Assembly (NCBI GenBank): GCA_963826525.1
Contig: CAWGXH010000004.1
Coordinates: 768,001 to 832,000, forward strand
Reading direction: 5' to 3'
Source of the DNA: an uncultured Methanomicrobiaceae archaeon
GTDB lineage: Archaea > Halobacteriota > Methanomicrobia > Methanomicrobiales > Methanoculleaceae
DNA length: 64,000 nt
Within the stretch, counting starts at the first letter, position 1, and every line of letters starts with the position of its first letter. The notes under the pieces were generated by a model. It was given only the letters and a program-made list of their open reading frames with translations. It was not told where the DNA came from and did no database searches. Both the position numbers and the translations under genes were made by a program. Shown piece by piece: positions 56,517 to 64,000 of this stretch.

Positions 56517-56802
56517 CTACGGTAGGTTCCCGTCCCCGCTGCATTCACGCTGCCGCTCTTCGTTCATATCGATGAGGATCTCGAAGATCTTCCGGACAGC
56601 GGTCGGATCGATCCGGCTCTCCACGGCATAGGTGAAGACCCGTTCGAGCACCAGCGTCTTCTGCTGTTCGTCGTGGATAGGGAGGTCTGCCTCATACTTG
56701 AGGTGAGCGTACGGTTCCTGCAAGGTTCTGCCGCCGTGCGATGAGATCGATGATCGCCTCGTCGATCTCCCGGATCTCTTCCCGCACCGTCTCAAGGGAC
56801 AT
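56517..56802 (-). CDS. Chorismate mutase type II (indel ~56710)
   Basis: MSLETVREEIREIDEAIIDLIARR...K....LPIHD...VRKIFEILI. Confidence 0.85.
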
Positions 56803-56908
56803 GGTACTACAGTATCGTGCCGATGAGCGAGATAAATCTGATGCTTTATCCGCCTCCCGGTGCAGGGAGGGGAAGAATATTAAGATGCCGTGGCATACCG
56901 GTTACTGA

Positions 56909-57499
56909 ATGTTGGAACGTATTCCCCTGCGGGAACGCCGGGATCTCGTCATTGCATGGCTGGCAATATCCGTCGCGTTCACCCTGATCTACGTCCGGGG
57001 CGGTGTGACCGTCGAAAACTTTATCCTGCTCTTCGTGATGTCGCTCGGAACGGTCGGTCTCGCATTCGTCCTCCACGAACTCGCCCATAAATTCGTCGCG
57101 ATGCGCTACGGTTACTGGGCGGAGTTCCGGAAGGATAATCAGATGCTCCTCGTCGCCGTGGTGCTCGCGGCACTCGTCGGCGTGGTCTTTGCCGCACCGG
57201 GTGCGACCTACGTCTACGGTAATGCTACCCGCCGGGAGAACGGCTGGATATCGGCATCGGGCCCTATCACGAACCTTCTGCTCTGCATCCCGTTCATCGC
57301 CCTCGTCTTCCTGGGAGCAGATAGCATCCTCGGGCTCTTCGGTATCCTCGGTCTCCGGATAAACGCAATGATTGCCGCTTTCAATATGCTCCCGGTCAGC
57401 GTCCTCGACGGGCGGAAGGTGCTTGCCTGGAACCCGGCCGTCTTCGGCATCCTCATCGCTGCTGCGGTCGGCATGCTGATCTGGTCGCTATCGCTCTGA
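56909..57499 (+). CDS. M50 family membrane metalloprotease
   Basis: HELAHK, FAAPGA, GP..N, FNMLP...LDG.KV. Confidence 0.9.
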   Translation: MLERIPLRERRDLVIAWLAISVAFTLIYVRGGVTVENFILLFVMSLGTVGLAFVLHELAHKFVAMRYGYWAEFRKDNQMLLVAVVLAALVGVVFAAPGATYVYGNATRRENGWISASGPITNLLLCIPFIALVFLGADSILGLFGILGLRINAMIAAFNMLPVSVLDGRKVLAWNPAVFGILIAAAVGMLIWSLSL

Positions 57500-57539
57500 T
57501 GCCCGGCATCAAAATCTCTTTTTCCCGGCATCACCCTGC

Positions 57540-60500
57540 TCAGGGGGAGGGAGCTTTGTGAAGCGTGAATAGAAACGCTACTCCCTCCTCCGGACGCCCG
57601 GGTACACGGTCCTTGATCCAGACCCTGCCGCCATAGCGCTCGATAAGCATCTTGACGATGAAGAGCCCGAGCCCCTCCCCGCGCCCCTTCTGCTTCCCCC
57701 GCTCGAAGCGGCGGAACACCTCTTCTTTCGCCTCGTCGGGGATGCCGGGGCCGGTATCCGCGACGGCCACGACCACTTCGCTCCCCTGTTCCTCCACGGT
57801 GATGGTGATCAGAGTGTCGGGCCCGCCGAACTTGACGGCGTTGCCGATGAGGTTTGTGAAGACCTCGGAGAGGAGGTCGTCGGCGAGGACGGTACACGAT
57901 GCGGGGCAGTGCATCGTGACGGAGGCCTCGGGGAAGTGCTCTCGCTCGCCCTCAATGATCCGTTCGAGCGGGAGCGGGGTAAGCGGGACAGCTTTTCGTG
58001 GATCTTTCGGATCGTCGAGACGTTCACGAGGATATCGACGCTCTTTCTGATGGTCTTCTTCAGCTTGTCTGCGTATTCTGCCGCCTGCCCCTCGAGCATA
58101 TCGCTGAGGAGATCGGTGTACAGGGTGGCGACGTTCTCCGCATTCCGAATGTCGTGAGTGAGAATGTCCAGGTACAGGTTTGCCTCGCGGTGCGCCGCCT
58201 CGAGCTGGCAGTTCAGGAGAGCCCGTTCGAGAGCGATCCCGATCTCCCTGCCTATCTGGGCGAGGATGTACCGCTCGGCCTCCGAGAAATGCTGTCCCGG
58301 TGCTCCGATGATGTTGAGGGCACCGAGAACCCGGGTATGCGCCACAATCGGGACACTGGCACAGGCGTACATCGTCTCATCGGGATCGCCCGGGTACCGG
58401 AGCGGCATCGCCTCGAAGAAGAGAGGTATGCCCCGGACGAGGACGGTCTTGTAGGGTTCGTTCTGGATATCCTCGATACACCGCCTGGGCGGGAAGCCTT
58501 CCGGGAGATTCTGTGTGGAAACAAGTTTTGCCCGGCCATTCTCCGTATCGATACGGTATATTCCCCCGCCTTTGAGGTGCAGAAGATCGATGGTCGCTCC
58601 AAGCACCGCCTCAAGCAAAGTGTCGGGATCGGTAGACTCCACGGTTATGCCGATGATCCTGTTGAGGGCGGAGAGGTGCCGGTTCTGTTTTTCGAGTCCT
58701 TCCTCAGCCTGTTTGCGCTCGACCCCCTGCGAAACGACGTTTGCGACCGCCTGCACGAAATAGGCATCATCCTCTCCGAACCGGTGCGGCGTGGTCGAAT
58801 GGACGCCGAGGACCCCGTACGGTTCGGTTCTGCCGTAGATCACGACACTGACACCGCTCATGATCCCATGCTCGTGGAGAATGGCGGGTCCGTGGAACCG
58901 GGTCTCGGTGCGGAGATCGTCGACGACGACCGGTCTGTTCGTCTGGAGGGTATACCCGGCCTGTGAGCCCTCGGCCTCCACCAGGGCATGCCCGACGAGC
59001 CCGTCTTTCCAGCCCACCCCTGCCGCCAGGAGCAGGCCCTGCTCCCCGGGAAGCAGGCGCAGCACCTTGCAGTACCTCGGCGCCGAGAACCCCGGCGACG
59101 GTTCTGACCGTCTCGTCAAGCAGCATGGTAAGGTCGTTGCCGGCAAGGGCGTACTGTCCGAGTCCGGCTATCGCAGCCTGCTGCGCTGCACGGGTCTTTA
59201 CCGTATCCTCGGCCCGCTTGCGCTCGGTGATGTCGTTGTTCGTCTCAAGGATCGTCTCCGGCCGGCCGTCCCGGCTACGCACCAGCGCCCAGCGGCTCGC
59301 CACTACAAGAGTCGATCCGTCGCGGCGGGTATGCGTGAGTTCTCCCTCCCACCGGCCGTCGCGGAACAGGCAGTCCTCTGATCCGCTCGAGCGGTTCGGG
59401 AAAGACCGTCTGCAGCAGGAGATGGGAGTCCCTGCCGAGCACCTCGTCCCGCCGCCATCCGTACTGCTCCTCGGCACCCCGGTTCCAGAAGACGATCCGG
59501 TTCTCCATATCCCGGACGAAGATGGTGTCGTGCGTGAGGTCGAGGAGACTGGCCTGCTTTCGGAGGACGGCCTCCGCTGTTTTGAGATCGGTGATGTCAC
59601 GCGCAGCGGCGAAGACGCCGATCACCCGGCCGGACTCGTCGCGGTAGACTGAGGCGTTGTAGAGTACCGGTGTTACCCGGCCGCCCCTGTGCCGGATCTC
59701 CAGCGGATAATCGCGTACTTCTCCTGCCTCGAAGACCCGGCGATAGCCTGCCCGTGCCCGTTCCGGGTCGGTGAAGTAGTCTGAAAAGTCGGTGCCGATC
59801 AGTTCCTCCCGTGAGTATCCCGTCGCCGCTTCGGTTGCAGTATTGACGTCGGTGATCCGCCCGTCGGGGGAGATGGTGACGAGGGGGTCGGGGTTTGCCT
59901 CGATGAGGCTCCGGTTATAGGCGTTTGCATCCCGGATCGCCTTATCCGCCTCTCGCTGTTTTGTGACGTCTCGTGCCGCTGCAAAGACGCCGGCAACCTC
60001 TCCCTTATCATCACGGTAGACCGAGGCGTTATAGAGGACGGGCGTGGTTCGACCGTCCCTGCGCCGGATCTCAAGTGCATAGTCGCGGACCTCCCCTTCG
60101 TTGAATGCCTGCCGGTAGACTGCCCGTGCCTGTCCCGGGTCGGTGAAGTAGTCTGAAAAGTCGGTGCCGATGAGTTCCTCCCGCGCATAGCCGGTCACCG
60201 CTTCGGTGGCGGAGTTGACGTCGGTGATCCTGCCGTCGGGGCTGATGGTGACGAGGGGGTCAGGGCTTGCCTCGATGAGGCCGCGGGTATAGGAGATCGC
60301 CGCGTAAAGAGCATCTTCCATCCGTCTCTGCCCGGTGATCTCCGTTCCGAACTCGATGATCCCGATCAGCTCACCTGCGTCATCGACCACGGGCTGGCCA
60401 CGAATCCTCCAGGTCCTCCCGTCCGGGGTGGTGACCTCTCCGGCTTTCGGCTCCCCGGTCGCAAGTGCCTCGAGCACCGGGCAGCACTCGCACGGCTCGG

Positions 60501-63345
60501 TTCTGGAGTGCCAGATCTCGTAGCACCTGCCGGTTGTCAGGTCGTCGATCGTCCGTCCGACACTCTCTGCAGCAGCCCGGTTCGCCCACCGGATCGAGAG
60601 GTTCGTATCATAATAGACGAAGAGTTCTCCGGTGGAATCGAGGATGAGGGATTTTTCCCGCTCCGACCGGATGAGTTCCTCTTCCGCCCGCTTCTGTTCG
60701 GTTATGTCGATTCCCGAACCCATCATGCAGAGCGGTTTCCCTGCGCCGTCCGCGACGAGGGTGACCGAGGCCTGCACGGGGAAGGTGGAGCCGTCCTTCC
60801 GTCTGGCTGTAAGCTCCCCCGTCCAGCTGCCGCGCTCCCGCACAGTCTCCGGAACCTGCCTGTACCGCTCCGGATCCGCCCAGAACCGGGATGTCGGGCT
60901 GCCGACCATCTCGTCCGGGTTCGAGTAGCCCCACATATCGAGGGTTGCCTGGTTCACGTAGGTGACGCTTCCCGCAAGGTCGGTAAGCGTGATGGCGTTC
61001 AGAGAAGAGGCTATTGCCATATCCTTGATCCGGAGTTCCTTCTCGGTCAGCCGCTGCTCCGTAATATCGCGGGCTATGGAGAGAATCTGGTCGACCGTCC
61101 CGTCCCGGGAAAAGACCGGAATGGACCGGGAGTCGTAGTAGTGCGTCTCGCCGTCGCGTGCGTAGGTGAGTTCCTGGATATGCGGTCTTCCCGATGCGAC
61201 CACCGCATCGATGATCCGGAGTCTCTCGGAACCCCCCTCCGGGGGAAGATCTCTCTGATACTCTTTCCTATGATATCTTCGGGGTTCTTTCCGAGCCCTT
61301 CTGCTCCTCTCGCATTGAGATAGAGCAGCGTCCCGTCCCGGCCAGTTAATGAGATGATGTCGGGCGATGCCTCCGCAAGCGTCCGATATCGCCTTTCGCT
61401 CTCTATGAGAGCCAACTCCGCCTTTTTGCGCTCGGTAATATCCCGGCCGACCGCCTGCACGCCGATGAGCGTTCCGTCCTGCATTATCGGGGTTTCAGAG
61501 AGATCAATTACGGCAACAGTCCCATCTTTGCGCCGGAACTCGATCTCGGCGCCCGCAATACTTCGACCCTGTTTAACCGCATCTGCGCACCGCTGCCAGG
61601 CGGGGAGGCTTGAGGGCATGACATACTCACGGCACTGGGTGCCGACGATCTCTTCGGGCGCGTAGCCGAGGATCTTCTCCACCGCCGGTGAGATGTAGGT
61701 CACTCCTTCGCTTCGGTAGCAGGTGTAGATCATATTGGAGTGGCGCTGAGCCATTCCCCGGAATTTCTCTTCGCTCTCTCTGAGAGCGGTCTCCATCCGC
61801 TTTCGGTCGGTGATGTCGGCGCCGGATGCCATAAAGCAGATCGGCTCTCCTGCCTCATCGGCAACAACACTGGCGGAAACCTGCACGTCAAAGAGCGTGC
61901 CGTCCTTTCTCCTGGCGGTCAGCTCGCCACACCAGGCATGGTTTCGCCGAATCGCTCCGATGACGTCCCTGGTCTGATCTTCGTCCGGCCAGAGTTCCGC
62001 GGGCGGTCTGCCCCGGATCTCATCGAGATCCGTATAGCCCCACATATCGAGCGCGGATCGGTTCGCGTAGATCAGGTTCCCGCCGGTATCGACAATAGCA
62101 ATGGCATCAAGCGCCGTAGCGATCGCTTTATCCTTGATCCGGAGTTCCTCTTCCACCCGCTTCCGCTTCGTGATATCACGGCTGATCCCCATCAGGCACC
62201 GGATCGCTCCGTCTCGTCCCGGCACCGGGATCAGCCGGGTATCGATCCACATGTCGCCGCCGGGCAGAGGCAGCCCGGTCTCCTCGGTCACCGGCATACC
62301 GGATGCTGTCGCGTGCTCCACCTGCCGCATCCACGATTCGGCTACCTCCGGAGGGAAGATCTCGCGGATGTGCTTCCTCCCGATGAGGCGGGCAGGTTCT
62401 GTCTGCAGCCATGCCGCTCCGTACTCGTTTACATACAGGACATCCCCGCCCGTCGTGATCAGGAAGACGGCGTCGTGCGCCGACTCCGCGAGCGTCCGGT
62501 AGAGGCGTTCGCTCTCTGAAAGTGTCTCTGCAATCCGCCTTTGTGGCGTAATATCAATGCAGGATGAGAGAAAGCAGAGCGGGTTGCCGGCTTCATCTGT
62601 TACCCTGTGCACAGCGAGCTGGACGTCCATCGGCTCTCCGTCCTTCGTCCTGCCCTGCAGTTCTCCAAACCATTCGCCTTTCTGGTGTAACTCCTGGATT
62701 GCCGCTGCTGTCTGCTCACCATCGGACCAGTACCTGCAGACCCTGGGTACCAATAAGTTCACCGGGATCGGTGTATCCTCCCATCTCGAGCAGAGCACGG
62801 TTGACGTAGACGATCCTGCCCGCGAGATCGGTGATGACAATGCCGCTCTTTGCCGTGCTCATCGCCGTTTCAAGGATGCGCAGGTAATCTTCGGCACTTT
62901 TGCTGCCCGTGCTCTCCGTCCCGATGCCGGGGATTCGCATTGTTCGCTCGCCCTCCTCGCCTTCGCAGGTCAGGAACCATAGGAGCCAGTACGTGTGGCC
63001 GGGCGCGGTTTCAACAAGCCTTCCCGAAAAATCGTAGCATCGCCTCGTCCCTGACGAATCCGTCTGGAATATCCCGCGAAATTCCTTCTCTCCCCTCTGC
63101 AGCCGTTCTGTTACAGTTGTGGCCCACCCTTCGCCGCCGGGAGTGTCGGGTTCGTGGGGAGAAGAGAGCGCTCCGAGATCCATCCCGATGAGTTCTTCTC
63201 TCCGGGTTCTGGTGATCTCCTCCATGGCGACACTCATCCAGGCAATCTGCATAGACTCGTCTACGAGGAGCAGCTTCTCGCTATCCAGTGCTTCAAGCAG
63301 TGTGAACGCAGGATTGACGGGTTCACGGGTGTCCAACCGGCGCAT
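57540..63345 (-). CDS. Giant cytoplasmic histidine kinase: about 10 PAS + 2 GAF + HisKA + HATPase (several indels)
   Basis: Consecutive ORF pieces join at indels; YLDILTHDIRN H-box, NLIGNAVKFG, DTGPGIP, GEGLGL; no TM or REC seen. Confidence 0.85.
59560..60310 (-). repeat. Tandem duplicated PAS units inside the giant kinase
   Basis: Two units LIEA(S/N)PDPLVTISPDGRITDVN.ATEA.TGY.REELIGTDFSDYFTDP...VRDY.LEIR...PVLYNASVYRD; shared nucleotides such as GGGTCGGTGAAGTAGTCTGAAAAGTCGGTGCCGAT. Confidence 0.88.
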
Positions 63346-63484
63346 ACCGTCACCATCTTCAGGATACCGGTTCGGAAGGTCCTGAATAACAGGGGGAATG
63401 CAATGGATCTATATAAAATATGTGTATCGGCACCGGGAGCGGTTCTCCGATGCCGTTCTTTTTTAGGCCGCATGCAGGCAGGGT

Positions 63485-64000
63485 TCAGGACGAATCTCGC
63501 TGTTCCGGTGCGGCATCCTTCTCTATGAGGTGCTCCAGAACACCGACGACCTCGCTTCCCTTCTCCCGCGCCTCGGCAAGCGCCGTCGGGTGGCCACGGA
63601 TGCCCCCGTAGCGATCCATATCGTTTGCGATGATATTGTCGTAGGTACTCAAACCCGGTGGTGTTGAAGAAGGCAGTCATGGCCGGGAAAGCGGCGTCGA
63701 AGACGTTATCCCACCCAAGGCCAGCCGTTGAGAGAAAGATGCCCTTGTGCCGCATGATATGGGCGTGGGAGAAATACAGATCCTTTACGATGAACTTGCG
63801 CGCCCAGAGATACTGCGCCCGGTCGATCACCCCCTTGAGTTCGGCCGTAATGCCCATCGAATAGATCGGGGAGGCGACGGCCAGGCAGTCGGCGGCGAGG
63901 ATCTTCGCAAAGAGGTCGTCGAGGGCGTCGTGGACAGTGCACGCTCCGGTCTTGTGGCAGACATTGCACCCTCTGCAGGAGGAGTAGTCCAGGCTCTTTA
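63485..64000 (-). CDS. Iron-sulfur flavoprotein (Isf/flavodoxin family), 5' end beyond the window; indel ~63645
   Basis: CRGCNVC..TG.C, ASPIYSMGITAELKGVIDRAQ. Confidence 0.85.

Overview
Chromosomal window from a GC-rich methanogenic archaeon. The gene content (polD small subunit, cofH, archaeal ribC/ribH, cysteate synthase plus fused comDE, many cytoplasmic multi-PAS kinases) fits Methanomicrobiales, probably Methanoculleus-like. It is mostly core metabolism: F420 (two cofH), thiamine/purine, riboflavin, a complete trp operon carrying both trpB2 and trpB1, a coenzyme M cluster and argCJB. It also holds three large PAS signalling proteins, a Yip1/COG1361/ABC export locus and orphan A-type ATPase C and D genes. 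I saw no rRNA, tRNA, CRISPR array or transposase. About 20 genes are broken by single-base indels. Most of these fall on GTAC or AGCT, which suggests methylation-induced base-calling errors rather than true pseudogenes. Best leads: (1) an uncharacterised ATPase + G3E GTPase + Fe-S module with a divergent regulator and palindromic operator at the head of the CoM operon; (2) the GTAC/AGCT methylome footprint; (3) a near-identical PAS cassette shared by two different sensors, one of which has HisKA but no HATPase; (4) a hairpin- and TTGCAC-rich intergenic element at 26.5-27.0 kb. All product calls come from motif recognition, not database searches.
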